Shown here piece by piece: positions 28,289 through 37,514 of a DNA stretch of 64,000 bases (its first letter is position 1; the number at the start of each line of letters is the position of its first letter). The stretch spans positions 3,954-67,953 of the forward strand of contig JACKEH010000005.1 in assembly GCA_020633125.1 (NCBI GenBank), read 5' to 3'. Under the pieces are notes generated by a model. It did not search any database. It saw nothing but the letters and a program-made list of their open reading frames with translations, and was not told where the DNA came from. A program made the position numbers and the translations under genes. Origin of the DNA: Sandaracinus sp. (GTDB lineage: Bacteria; Myxococcota_A; Polyangia; Polyangiales; Houyiibacteriaceae).

Positions 28289-30487
28289 ATGTCGGACGAG
28301 CTGCGAGGCGTCGACGAGAACGACCAACCCTACGTGCTTCGGCGCGAAGGGCGTCGGCTGCTGCTCGAGCACGAGGGCGAGACCAAGGAGCTCGAGCGCC
28401 AGACGTTGCGCTACGAGCTCGGCCGCCTGCGCGACGCGCTCCTGGTCGGCACGACGAAGCTGCCGATTCCGCGTGGCAAAGGCAGCGCGGCCCGCGAGCT
28501 GATCGCGAAGGCCGCGTTCGACGTCGCCGAGCCCGCCGGAGAAGAAGGAGCACTTGCGGCGCGCACCGCGTCCGAGCAGGCGTGGCTCGCCTCGTGGCTC
28601 GGGGAGAACGAGGAGCTGCTCGCGTGGGTTCCTACCGCCACCGAGCTCTCGGTGCCTTCGACGCTCGAAGACGCGTCGTCCGTGGAAGCGCTCCTCGCGA
28701 TCACGACCGAGCGTGCGGCGCTCGTCGCGTTCGGTCCGCTCGGCGACGTTCGGGTCGATGCGCTCGAGGGCGAGGTTTCGGTCGATCGGGGACTCGCGCG
28801 GACGACGGTTCGAGTCGGCGATCGGAAGATCGAATCACCACTCGGCCGGGGCGAGTCGCTCGCCCTCGCCGCGCCTTGGGTCGCCTTGCCACCGGCGTCG
28901 CGTGCCCGCGCGGTCGCCACGCACTTTCGCGCGAAGCAGCCCGCCGTCGCGGCGGCACACCTTCGCCGCGCGGCGCGCCGTGGCGACGTGCTCGCGGAGC
29001 TCCTGTTGGTGTGGCTCGGTTACGGGGCGGTGGAAGAGGTCGTGCCGCGTCTTCCGGGCGAAACCTTCGCCGAGCTGGCCTCGCTCGCCGACGCGTGGGA
29101 GGCCACGCCGCAAGAGCGCGGTGCGCTCGTGGACGCGCTCGTGTCCGAGGTCGAGGCGCAGGCGAACGACGACGCGCGGACGGCCGCGTTGGAGGTGCTC
29201 GAGGGCCGACGTCGCGTTCGATCGAAAGACGACGCGCTCGACGACGACCTGCGTTGGATGCCGCGCTTCGTCGCGCTCGGCGCGAGCCCACGGGTCCGCG
29301 AGCACCTTCGCGCGCACCTCGCGGAGCTGCCGGCTCCGCAGGTCCTCGAGCTCGTCCCGCAGCTCGGCACCGACGAACGTCCGCCGATGCACGCGCAGCG
29401 CGTCGCGCTTCTCGAAGCGATCGACACGCTCACCTCGGAGCCCGAGAGCCACGACGACGCGCGCCGCGAGCTCTTGCAGCTCTCGCCTTTCGACGCGTCG
29501 CGTGCCGCCGTCGCCTTCGAGTCACCGCGCCTTCGAGCACGCGTGGAGGAGGTGCACGCGCTCTTGGCGGTCGGAGGGCTCGCCCCGCACGAGGGGGGCT
29601 TCGTCGCGCCGAGCGTGAAGCAGCTCGAGCGCCCGGTGATCGATCGGCATCTGCGTCATCCGCTCACGCGCGACCGGAGCGTCGTCGATCGTCTTCAGGC
29701 GCTCATCGCAGACGTCGAGGTGCCCGACCTCGCCGCGATTCGCAGCTTCGCGCGGCGCCTCGACCACACGCCCGCGCTCGACGCCGTCACCGACGCCTGT
29801 GTGATGCTCGGCACGAGCGGCGTCGAAGCGTTCGTCTCGCAGGGCGGCAAGGCCCACGGCCTGCGGGTCTTCGAAGGCAAACCCTCGACGCTCCTCTTCG
29901 GCGCCGAGCACCTGCCCGGCGGCGCGCACGCGCTCGACGACGGCGAGGTGCGGTTCGCGATCGGCGCCGAGATCGCACACCTCGCGTTCGACCACGCGCG
30001 CGTCTCCACGAGCGAGGTCTGGGCCGGGGCCTGGCAGACCGGCAAAGCGACGCTCTCCGTCGCGCTCACGCTGCTCCCGCTCGCCGAGCGCTTCGCGCAT
30101 TGGGGTGGACGCATCGCCACCGCCTCGGGCATCGGCGAAGCGATCGGCGGTGTGTTGCCGAAGAAGGCCAAAGCGACCACCGATCACCTCGGCGTCGAAC
30201 AAGAGCAGCTGCTCGCCGCGCATCAGCTCTTGCAGCTCAGCGCGGATCGCGCGGGTGCGGTGCTCGCGGGCGACTTGCGCGCTTCGGTACGTGCGCTCTT
30301 CCTCGTCACGACGACGGGGCGCGCCGAGCTCCCGACGGCGATTCGACTCGGCCTCGGCGAGCTGCTTCGGCGCCGCGACGCGTCGAACGCCGTCGCCCAC
30401 CCGATGCTCGCGCTGCGCACCGCGGCGGTGATCGGGTTCTTGGTCGACGACGACCACGAAGCGGTCGCCGCCGCGCTCGCGCGTTGA
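28289..30487 (+). CDS. hypothetical protein (732 aa)
   Basis: ATG at 28289 is preceded by GGAGGAG. Long G/C-third-position ORF. The C-terminal region has a degenerate M48-like pattern (GAEIAHLAFDH ... LSADRAG). Confidence 0.6.
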   Translation: MSDELRGVDENDQPYVLRREGRRLLLEHEGETKELERQTLRYELGRLRDALLVGTTKLPIPRGKGSAARELIAKAAFDVAEPAGEEGALAARTASEQAWLASWLGENEELLAWVPTATELSVPSTLEDASSVEALLAITTERAALVAFGPLGDVRVDALEGEVSVDRGLARTTVRVGDRKIESPLGRGESLALAAPWVALPPASRARAVATHFRAKQPAVAAAHLRRAARRGDVLAELLLVWLGYGAVEEVVPRLPGETFAELASLADAWEATPQERGALVDALVSEVEAQANDDARTAALEVLEGRRRVRSKDDALDDDLRWMPRFVALGASPRVREHLRAHLAELPAPQVLELVPQLGTDERPPMHAQRVALLEAIDTLTSEPESHDDARRELLQLSPFDASRAAVAFESPRLRARVEEVHALLAVGGLAPHEGGFVAPSVKQLERPVIDRHLRHPLTRDRSVVDRLQALIADVEVPDLAAIRSFARRLDHTPALDAVTDACVMLGTSGVEAFVSQGGKAHGLRVFEGKPSTLLFGAEHLPGGAHALDDGEVRFAIGAEIAHLAFDHARVSTSEVWAGAWQTGKATLSVALTLLPLAERFAHWGGRIATASGIGEAIGGVLPKKAKATTDHLGVEQEQLLAAHQLLQLSADRAGAVLAGDLRASVRALFLVTTTGRAELPTAIRLGLGELLRRRDASNAVAHPMLALRTAAVIGFLVDDDHEAVAAALAR

Positions 30488-30698
30488 TCGTTCCCGAGGG
30501 TCGACGACGATGCGTTGGCGCGTCGACCACCGAGTACCCTCGACGAGGAGGCGTGGGCCGGGCGTCGACAGCCGAGCGCGCTCGACCATCCGGCGAGAGC
30601 GTCACGCGGTCGACGATCGACATGTCGCCGACCTGCGACGCGTCGTGCGCACGTCGCTTCCGAGAGTCTGGTAGCTTCCGCGACCTCAGGAGGTCTCG

Positions 30699-31037
30699 AT
30701 GAAGGTGATGAAGAACGGAAGCCGCGGCGACGACGTGAAGGCGCTGCAGACGAAGCTCGGCCAGCTCGGCTACGACCTATCCGCCGACGGAATCTTCGGC
30801 GATGGAACCGAGAAGGTGGTCCGCAACCTCCAGACGCTCTTCGGCTACACCGTCGATGGGCTGGTGGGCGAAGGAACGCTGGGGTTGATCGACGCGCAGG
30901 TCGGCTACGGATGGAACGCGAGCGCCCCCGACGCCACCGAGCGTGCGCTTCGCGCGCAGGGCAAGTCGGCGGAGGCCGATGCCATGAAGGCGCAGCGTGA
31001 GGCGGGCGCGGCGGCCGCCGCCGCGAAGAAGGGCTGA
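30699..31037 (+). CDS. peptidoglycan-binding-domain protein (112 aa)
   Basis: PG_binding_1 pattern GDDVKALQTKLGQLGYDLSADGIFGDGTEKVVRNLQ. GGAGG lies upstream of the ATG. Confidence 0.75.
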   Translation: MKVMKNGSRGDDVKALQTKLGQLGYDLSADGIFGDGTEKVVRNLQTLFGYTVDGLVGEGTLGLIDAQVGYGWNASAPDATERALRAQGKSAEADAMKAQREAGAAAAAAKKG

Positions 31038-31046
31038 GAGCACGCC

Positions 31047-31197
31047 CCACTTGCACGGATCCGATTCGTGCAAGTGGGGGCCGTGCTCGGTGGTGGGAGG
31101 GGGCCCCAATCCGGCTTTGCCGGTTGGGGGAGGGAGCGCGCCGCTCCCTCGAAAAGAAGGAAGAGCATGAATCAGTGCAACTGATTCTTGCTCTGAG
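31047..31197 (+). repeat. structured intergenic repeat element, copy B (full length)
   Basis: Near-identical to copy A. Begins 10 nt after the stop of the PG-binding gene. Confidence 0.8.
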
Positions 31198-31285
31198 CCC
31201 CGGCCTTCACGACGATGCACGTGGCGTGAACACGTGCATCGTCCGTGAAGGCGTCCAGCCCGGGGCGTCCGCCGAGTGGCGGCGC

Positions 31286-31337
31286 GTGGTCGTCCGACGA
31301 GTGGCCGTTGCGTGGTCGTCCGACGAGTGGCCGTTGC
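31286..31337. repeat. 26-nt perfect tandem duplication
   Basis: GTGGTCGTCCGACGAGTGGCCGTTGC occurs twice in tandem, with a degenerate partial copy just upstream. Intergenic, downstream of hsp20. Confidence 0.8.
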
Positions 31338-31436
31338 GTGGCCCACGTTCGGGTTTCGACGCGTTCGCAGCACGGGCCCCGCAGGAACGAAACGCGGGCC
31401 GTCGGGCTCCGCGGGAAGCTCCGGTGGACGAGGGGC

Positions 31437-31850
31437 TCAGCTCGACGACACCGCGATCTTTCGCGCCCCCGGCGCCGCGCGCTTCGGAAGACGAAGTGTG
31501 AGCACGCCGTCCGCGGTCTTCGCTTCGATCGCCTCCGCGTCGACGGTCTCCGGCAAGGTGAAGCTGCGCGTGAAGGAGCCGTAGAAGCGCTCGACGCGGC
31601 GGTAGCCTTCCTTGTCGTCTTCGCGGCTCATCTTCCGTTCGCCGCGCACGGTCAGCAGGTTCTTCTCGACGTCGACGTGAATCTCCTCGGGCTTCAAGCC
31701 CGGAACCTCGACGTCGACGGTGAAGCATTGGTCGTCTTCGTGAATGTCGACGGCGGGCTTGAAGCTCTCTTCGCGTGCGCTCCGCGTGAAGAGCTGGTCG
31801 TGCAGGCGGTTCATCTCGGCAAAGGGATCCCAGCGGCTGATCGTGGTCAT
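31437..31850 (-). CDS. Hsp20/alpha-crystallin small heat-shock protein (137 aa)
   Basis: ATG at 31848-31850. Alpha-crystallin core PAVDIHEDDQCFTVDVEVPGLKPEEIHVDVEKNLLTVRGER ... DGVLTLRLPK. Confidence 0.9.
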   Translation of the reverse strand: MTTISRWDPFAEMNRLHDQLFTRSAREESFKPAVDIHEDDQCFTVDVEVPGLKPEEIHVDVEKNLLTVRGERKMSREDDKEGYRRVERFYGSFTRSFTLPETVDAEAIEAKTADGVLTLRLPKRAAPGARKIAVSSS

Positions 31851-32222
31851 GGACGTACCTCGGCTTTGCACCGAGCCGCACGGCTCGGATTCGTTTTGCG
31901 TTCGTGCTCCGGAGCCACCGGATGGCTCCTTTGCAGGCTGCGGATGGGCGTGCCGTCGTTCACCCGCTCCGGAGCGAGGCCTCCGAACGGCGGCACGGGT
32001 CGAAGCTAAACACCGACCTCGAAGCGTCAACCGCGCCTCGGGGGGTGGAGCCCCCGAGTTGCGAGAGGAACGTCACGGAGTCTCGCCGCTCGCCCTTCGT
32101 TCAGCGCGATGCGTCCGAAGCGTCTCGATCGAAGCAGCCGCGAAGCCGGTCGATCTCGGCGCGTGGTCAATCCGTGAGCTCGTGCCCCAGGCGACCGAGA
32201 GGTGAAAGCGGACGGCTTCGCG

Positions 32223-32279
32223 CTCAGGAGCGAGAATCCGGTGCACTGATTCTTGCTCCTCCTGAGTCCGTGCAAGTGG
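32223..32279. repeat. rearranged fragment of the structured repeat element (copy D)
   Basis: CTCAGGAGCGAGAATCCGGTGCACTGATTCTTGCTCCTCCTGAG resembles the terminal palindrome. It is followed by TCCGTGCAAGTGG, the reverse complement of the element's 5' hairpin arm. Confidence 0.55.
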
Positions 32280-32475
32280 TGGCGGACGCTGCGACGCCCT
32301 GAGACACACGACGTGACGGCTGCGACGTCGGGACGCACGCCATCACGTCGAATCGCGGGTCTTTCCTGAAAACGAGACTCAGTCCAGACCTGGCCTGCGC
32401 GATGCAATGGCTTCGAGGCGAGGCTCGGCGCGACGCCGACCTCCAGGCCCTCGCGGGCCACGAAAGGATTCGACC

Positions 32476-33126
32476 ATGGAAAGCCAGGACACCACGCCCC
32501 GCCTCGAGCTCAACGGTCCCGTGCCGGACTTCGAAGCGGTGACCACCCACGGCAAGCTGCGCCTCTCCGAGTGGAACAAGGACAAGTGGGTGATTCTCTT
32601 CTCTCACCCCGCGGACTTCACGCCGGTGTGCACGACGGAGTTCATGGCGTTCGCGAAGATCGAAGGCGAGCTCGCGAAGCGAAACGTCGCGCTGCTCGGC
32701 AACTCGATCGACAGTGTGCACAGCCACATCGCGTGGGTGCGATCGATCAAGCAGCTCTTCGACGTCGACATCAACTTCCCGATCATCGCCGACCTCGACA
32801 TGAACGTCGCGCGCACCTTCGGGATGTTGCACGCCGCGAGCTCGGCCACCGCCGCGGTTCGTGCGGTCTTCGTCATCGATCCTCAGCGCAGGCTTCGCGC
32901 GATGATCTACTACCCGCTCAACCTCGGTCGAAACTTCGACGAGATCCTTCGTGTGATCGACGGCCTGCAGACCGCCGACGAGCACGGTGTCGCCTGCCCC
33001 GCCGACTGGCGGCCCGGCGACAAGGTCATCGTGCCGCCGCCCGCGACCACCATGGCGGCAGAGGAGCGGGTGAAGGACACGTCGCTCGAGGTGACCGACT
33101 GGTACTTCTCGAAGAAGCAGCTCTGA
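32476..33126 (+). CDS. 1-Cys peroxiredoxin (Prx6 type)
   Basis: WVILFSHPADFTPVCTTE active-site motif plus the 1-Cys Prx C-terminal extension. ATG at 32476. Confidence 0.9.
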   Translation: MESQDTTPRLELNGPVPDFEAVTTHGKLRLSEWNKDKWVILFSHPADFTPVCTTEFMAFAKIEGELAKRNVALLGNSIDSVHSHIAWVRSIKQLFDVDINFPIIADLDMNVARTFGMLHAASSATAAVRAVFVIDPQRRLRAMIYYPLNLGRNFDEILRVIDGLQTADEHGVACPADWRPGDKVIVPPPATTMAAEERVKDTSLEVTDWYFSKKQL

Positions 33127-33228
33127 ACGTCGCGCGCGCCGACGATGCGCTCCCGCGTGTCGTCGGCGTCGCGTCGGTCGCTCCACAACCTGACGTGACC
33201 TCGAGGAGGTCGGGAGCGGAATGGCGCC

Positions 33229-33621
33229 ATGGAATCGCTGTCCGAGCTACTGCGCGCCCACGGGCTTTCGCCGACCGACAAGCGTCTTGCGATCGCTCGC
33301 TACGTGCTCCGCACCGACGACCACCCCACAGCGGAGCGCGTGATGGCCGAGGTTCGTCGCGCACATCCCGAGGTCTCACGCGCGACCGTCTACGCGACGC
33401 TCGCGGCGTTCGAAGCGCATGGCCTCCTTCGTCGCGTCGAGCTCGGGCTCGGGCACGTCGTGCTCGATCCGAAGGTTCGATCCCACCACCATTGGATCGA
33501 CGAGACAGGCCGCGTGCACGACTTGCCCGCCGACTCCCTTCGCGTCGAGGGACTGGAAGCGTTGGGCGTCGAGGACCCGCAGGTGGAGATCGTCGTGCGT
33601 GGGCGACGCGCGAAGTCGTGA
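33229..33621 (+). CDS. Fur-family transcriptional regulator (PerR-like context, no cysteines)
   Basis: Fur-type winged helix (LSPTDKRLAIARYVLRTDDHPTAERVMAEV...ATVYATLAAFEAHGLL) and an SHHHW metal-site motif. The protein contains no Cys residues. Confidence 0.8.
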   Translation: MESLSELLRAHGLSPTDKRLAIARYVLRTDDHPTAERVMAEVRRAHPEVSRATVYATLAAFEAHGLLRRVELGLGHVVLDPKVRSHHHWIDETGRVHDLPADSLRVEGLEALGVEDPQVEIVVRGRRAKS

Positions 33622-33664
33622 GCGACGCCAAGCGGCTTGGTGATGATCGGCGACGCGCTCGTGC

Positions 33665-34693
33665 TCACTCGCCCGCGTAGGTCCACTCGAAGTCACGCAC
33701 CCCGTACTGTCGGCGACCTCCCGTTTCCGTGATGTCGTAGCGACCGTGAATGCGGCGTCCGTCAGGCGACACGTGCACCTCGAGGAGGCGCCCGCGCCGG
33801 CCGATGCTCGCCTCCTCCCACGTGCCCGTCCAACGCGCTCCGGAGCGAACCAGGACGATTCCGCCGGGCGTGCGTGAGTAGGTGTCGGAGTAGGTTCCTT
33901 CGAGCCCGCTCGCGGTGGGTCGAAGCTCGATCCTTCCCCAACCGCGGCTGCTCCAGCGCCCCGGCAGCGGGCCGCCTTCGGTCGCGGGACGGGTGGCGTT
34001 CGTGGGCGGCGTCGTGGGGGTCGACGTCGCCGTCGCGGCTTGAATGCGAGGCAACGAAACGCGGTACGTGTCCGGCGTCTGGCTGCTCATCATCGGGAGC
34101 GCGCGAAACGTCGCGCCCGCGAAGGGGCAAGCCAAACGCTGCGCCGACGCTTCGCCGTCGGCGATCGCGCGCATCATCGCGCCTCGTGCGCTGCGCTCGA
34201 GGGACACGTTGCCGCGTTGAATCGCGGTGTGGCCTTGGCCGAAGAGAAAGCCGACCTCGAGCGTGGCGGAGTCGCAGGTGCCCGTCTGCTCGAGGCGCCC
34301 GGTGCGTGCGCTCAGGAACACACGGAGCGCGTCGCGAAAATGACGTCGAATCAGGCCGAGCTCGCGCGTCGCCCCGCCAGGACCGAGGCCGCCGATGCGC
34401 CTGGCGAGCTCGTCGATCTGACGTTCGATCGCGGCGAAGCGCTCCGGGTGGTAGGGCGGGTCGGAGACTTGCGCGCGAAACGCCGCCACGTGCGCGCGAG
34501 CGCGTGCGAGGTCGTCGCGGACCTCGGCGGCGTTCGCAGCGGTCACCTGGCCGTCGGTGGCCACGATGCCCGCGGCCCAGCCGAGGTTGATGCCCGCGTC
34601 GAGGATGTGGCGTTGGGCGTCGCCTTGGGCTTCGGCGGAAAGCGGCGACGCGAGGAGCGTGCCCGCGAGGGCGAGAGCGAGTGAGAGACGCAT
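33665..34693 (-). CDS. secreted hypothetical protein (342 aa)
   Basis: ATG at 34691-34693. Signal peptide MRLSLALALAGTLLASPLSAEAQ. Thr/Pro linker ATATSTPTTPPTNATRPATEG. Confidence 0.6.
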   Translation of the reverse strand: MRLSLALALAGTLLASPLSAEAQGDAQRHILDAGINLGWAAGIVATDGQVTAANAAEVRDDLARARAHVAAFRAQVSDPPYHPERFAAIERQIDELARRIGGLGPGGATRELGLIRRHFRDALRVFLSARTGRLEQTGTCDSATLEVGFLFGQGHTAIQRGNVSLERSARGAMMRAIADGEASAQRLACPFAGATFRALPMMSSQTPDTYRVSLPRIQAATATSTPTTPPTNATRPATEGGPLPGRWSSRGWGRIELRPTASGLEGTYSDTYSRTPGGIVLVRSGARWTGTWEEASIGRRGRLLEVHVSPDGRRIHGRYDITETGGRRQYGVRDFEWTYAGE

Positions 34694-34971
34694 CGTAGGA
34701 CCTCGGATCGCGAAGGGCGGCGCGACGCGCCTCCCCGGTCGTGAGCGAGCCGCCGACACGACGACCCTCGAGCGAAGAAAGAGCTCCGGTCCCCCCGGAG
34801 AGTTGGACTAGACGCTACGAGGGATTGGACATTCACCTCGATGGCGTTGACAACTGCGGAGTCCCGGTTGGGATCTCGGTCGTCATGAAGCGAGAGTCGG
34901 CGTCACCTCTCGGGAACGCAGCTCAGGGGGTGGTTGGCCATGGTGGGCGGCGCGAGTGAGCGGTGCCGTCT

Positions 34972-37266
34972 TCACGGCACCCACGCGCAGGTCGTGCCGG
35001 CGAGCGCGCCGCGGCCTTCGAAGCGATCGTCCACCGCCTCCAAACGACCGCCCAACGTCTCGACCGCGGAGACACACGCGCCTCGCGGCGAGACCTCGAC
35101 GACCGCCGTGCCGTCGATCCCCTCGACGTACACGCGACCTCGCAGGGTCCAGGGGCCCCGCTCGTCGAGCGCGCACGTTCGCGACGCTCGGGTCGCCGGG
35201 AGCAGCTCGGGCGTGGCCTCGGGATCGATCGGGAACGCGACGCTTCGATCGGGCGTCGCGTAGACGACGAAGTAGGGACGGCCGTCGCGTAGACCGAGGA
35301 CGCCGCCGCCGCGCCATCGTCGCGCCGCCGTGTGGGTCCCGGACGCGTCGAACTGGAGAAGGTGACCGAGACAGTGCTGCACCATCACGGCGATCCCGTC
35401 GCGGGTTCGCGCCACGTCGACGCCGAAGCCCCACGTCGCACACCCCTGGCACTGATCCCGCTCTCCCTCGAGCTGCAGCACGAGAGCCGAGGGAAACGCG
35501 TGGGCTTGCGAAGGTCGGAGCTGCACGGACACGGGGCGCGCGTCGACGTCCACGAGGTACTCGAGCTCGCCGCCCGTTCGCCAACGGTGCGCGCTCGCCG
35601 ACGCGTCGCTCGGTGTCGTGCAACGCAAGTGCGGCGTCGGCTCCTCGTCGTACTCCATTCGCTGCCACGGCGGGTAGGCAGCGAAGCGGGGGCTCCCTTC
35701 GCTGGGCATCGGGCTCTCGGGCACGTCGTCGAGGGATACGCGCTCCGCTCCTCCGACGAGCACGCAACCGTCGGCGCCACAGCGCGGTTCGAGGTTCCGG
35801 CCCACTCGAACGAAACGCCACGACGCACCGAGCGCCCGCCCGTGCAGCAGGCCACCGTCGGTGCGAACCACCACGTCGCCCCGCGCGCCGACGACGGCGG
35901 CGTAGGCGACGGCCGGAAGCGCACGGTCCACACGCTCGGCGCCATGCAACACCTCGAGGCGCTCGTCGGCGACGAGCAGCACGCGGCCTCCGGGACCGCA
36001 GTGAAGGGCGCCGCCGTCGACGAAGTGCATCGCTTCCCGGCCGTCGGGGTCGCGAATCCAGACTTTCTTTGCGCCGACCCGGATCACCGCGTTCTCTCCG
36101 CACCACTGCAGCGAGGCCGCGCCGTCGACTGCGAGCTCGTGAAGCGCGCCATCGGGACCGATGCCGCACACACGCTCGTCGGTTCGTGAGCCGTCGGCAC
36201 ACGTGCCGTGCCAGCTGGGCCAATAGGTGTCGCGCAACTCCTCGGTGACGGGCTCGCGCCGACGGTGCACGACGTCGTCGTCGCCAACGCGCACGACGGT
36301 CGCGTCTTCGTCCGGGCCGGCGCGGAGCACGAAGCCGCTCGGGTCGTCGCCCACGAGGGCCCACGCGCCCGGCACGACGACGCTGCTCACCGAGCCCGAG
36401 GGCGCTCGCCGATAGAGCACGCCTCCGAGCAACGTCGCCTCCGTCCCGTCGAGACGGGTGCGTGTTGTCTCCGCGCCCGCGTACGATTCGAATCGCCGTG
36501 CGACGAAGGGCGTCGCGTCGCGCGCGAGAAGCTCACGCCACACTCGCGCACGTGCGGCGACGGGTTCGGCGGTGGCGAGGCAGCGTGGCCGGGGCATCGC
36601 GCGTTGGTTTGCGGTCCAGGCGTCGCTCGCCTTCACCGCGAGCGTTCCGTTCACGATGCGCCACCGCTGCCAGGGATCACGCGAGGGAACGCTTCGCAAC
36701 GCGTCCCACGGGCCCCGCACGGCGTGCCCGCTTGGCAACCAGACGAGGCGTTCTCTCGGGCCGAGCGCCCACGCGTCGACCACCGGCCACGGCGTCTGCA
36801 CCTCGTGGACTCCGAATCGATCGAGCTCCACCACCCCCGCGTCGTCGACGTGCACGACCGCACCTCGTTGGGGAGGCGCGACCTCGTAGCGTCTGGGCGA
36901 CGCGAGGATGCGTGCGGTGAGCTCGGGTTCCGTGCTCGACAGCGGAACCAGTGGACCGAGCGCGTCGGCGGCGAGGAAGGGCTTGAGGTCGTCGCGCACG
37001 AAGAGCCAGCGGTCGCCGAGATCGGCGCCGTGGATCAGCGAGGCGGAGGCAGCAGAGATCGCGACACCCGCGAGATCGTCGCGCACCAACACACGATGGA
37101 GACCGATCGCGAGCAAGGTCGCCTGGGCTCCTTCGAGGCGTGCGTGGCCGAGCACGACGCCCTCGCGGCAACCGTCGAGTGAGCGCGGTGGAGGTACGGG
37201 CGCCTCGATGGGCCGCGGACCCTGGGCGGCGCAGGCGACGAGCAGGGCGCACACGAGGGGCCGCAT
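34972..37266 (-). CDS. lipoprotein, unknown function (764 aa)
   Basis: ATG at 37264-37266. Lipobox MRPLVCALLVACAAQG. Long G/C-third-position ORF. Confidence 0.6.
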   Translation of the reverse strand: MRPLVCALLVACAAQGPRPIEAPVPPPRSLDGCREGVVLGHARLEGAQATLLAIGLHRVLVRDDLAGVAISAASASLIHGADLGDRWLFVRDDLKPFLAADALGPLVPLSSTEPELTARILASPRRYEVAPPQRGAVVHVDDAGVVELDRFGVHEVQTPWPVVDAWALGPRERLVWLPSGHAVRGPWDALRSVPSRDPWQRWRIVNGTLAVKASDAWTANQRAMPRPRCLATAEPVAARARVWRELLARDATPFVARRFESYAGAETTRTRLDGTEATLLGGVLYRRAPSGSVSSVVVPGAWALVGDDPSGFVLRAGPDEDATVVRVGDDDVVHRRREPVTEELRDTYWPSWHGTCADGSRTDERVCGIGPDGALHELAVDGAASLQWCGENAVIRVGAKKVWIRDPDGREAMHFVDGGALHCGPGGRVLLVADERLEVLHGAERVDRALPAVAYAAVVGARGDVVVRTDGGLLHGRALGASWRFVRVGRNLEPRCGADGCVLVGGAERVSLDDVPESPMPSEGSPRFAAYPPWQRMEYDEEPTPHLRCTTPSDASASAHRWRTGGELEYLVDVDARPVSVQLRPSQAHAFPSALVLQLEGERDQCQGCATWGFGVDVARTRDGIAVMVQHCLGHLLQFDASGTHTAARRWRGGGVLGLRDGRPYFVVYATPDRSVAFPIDPEATPELLPATRASRTCALDERGPWTLRGRVYVEGIDGTAVVEVSPRGACVSAVETLGGRLEAVDDRFEGRGALAGTTCAWVP

Positions 37267-37514
37267 CGAAGAGCAGACCCACCGACCGTCCGGGAATTGG
37301 GGCCGCGATTCATGAGAGGAGAGGTGGGGCGGCGTGCCACATGCCGGGTCCACGTCCGGGGATCTCCCCGCGTCGCGACGTTGCCACCCCGGGGCTACGT
37401 CGGCGAGACTGCCCGCCGGATGGGAGTCCAGGGCCGGAGATGAATCTCCGAGGTTGCTCGGTCGTCCCTCGCCCCGCCGCGAGCGCGGTGGCTTTCACGA
37501 GAGGATAGGGATCC

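Noticed and set aside
31851-32030. Possible sigma-54 promoter (TGGCTC-N5-CACGA on the minus strand) upstream of hsp20. Other TGGCAC occurrences lie near 728, 18558 and 35448.
   Set aside because: None has the GC dinucleotide of the -12 element at the correct spacing from the -24 GG. Most lie inside coding regions.
34741-34959. 72-aa plus-strand ORF, with a TTGACA hexamer at about 34846, in the gap between two minus-strand lipoprotein genes.
   Set aside because: Poor composition and no ribosome-binding site. The region more probably holds the promoter or leader of the 33665-34693 gene.
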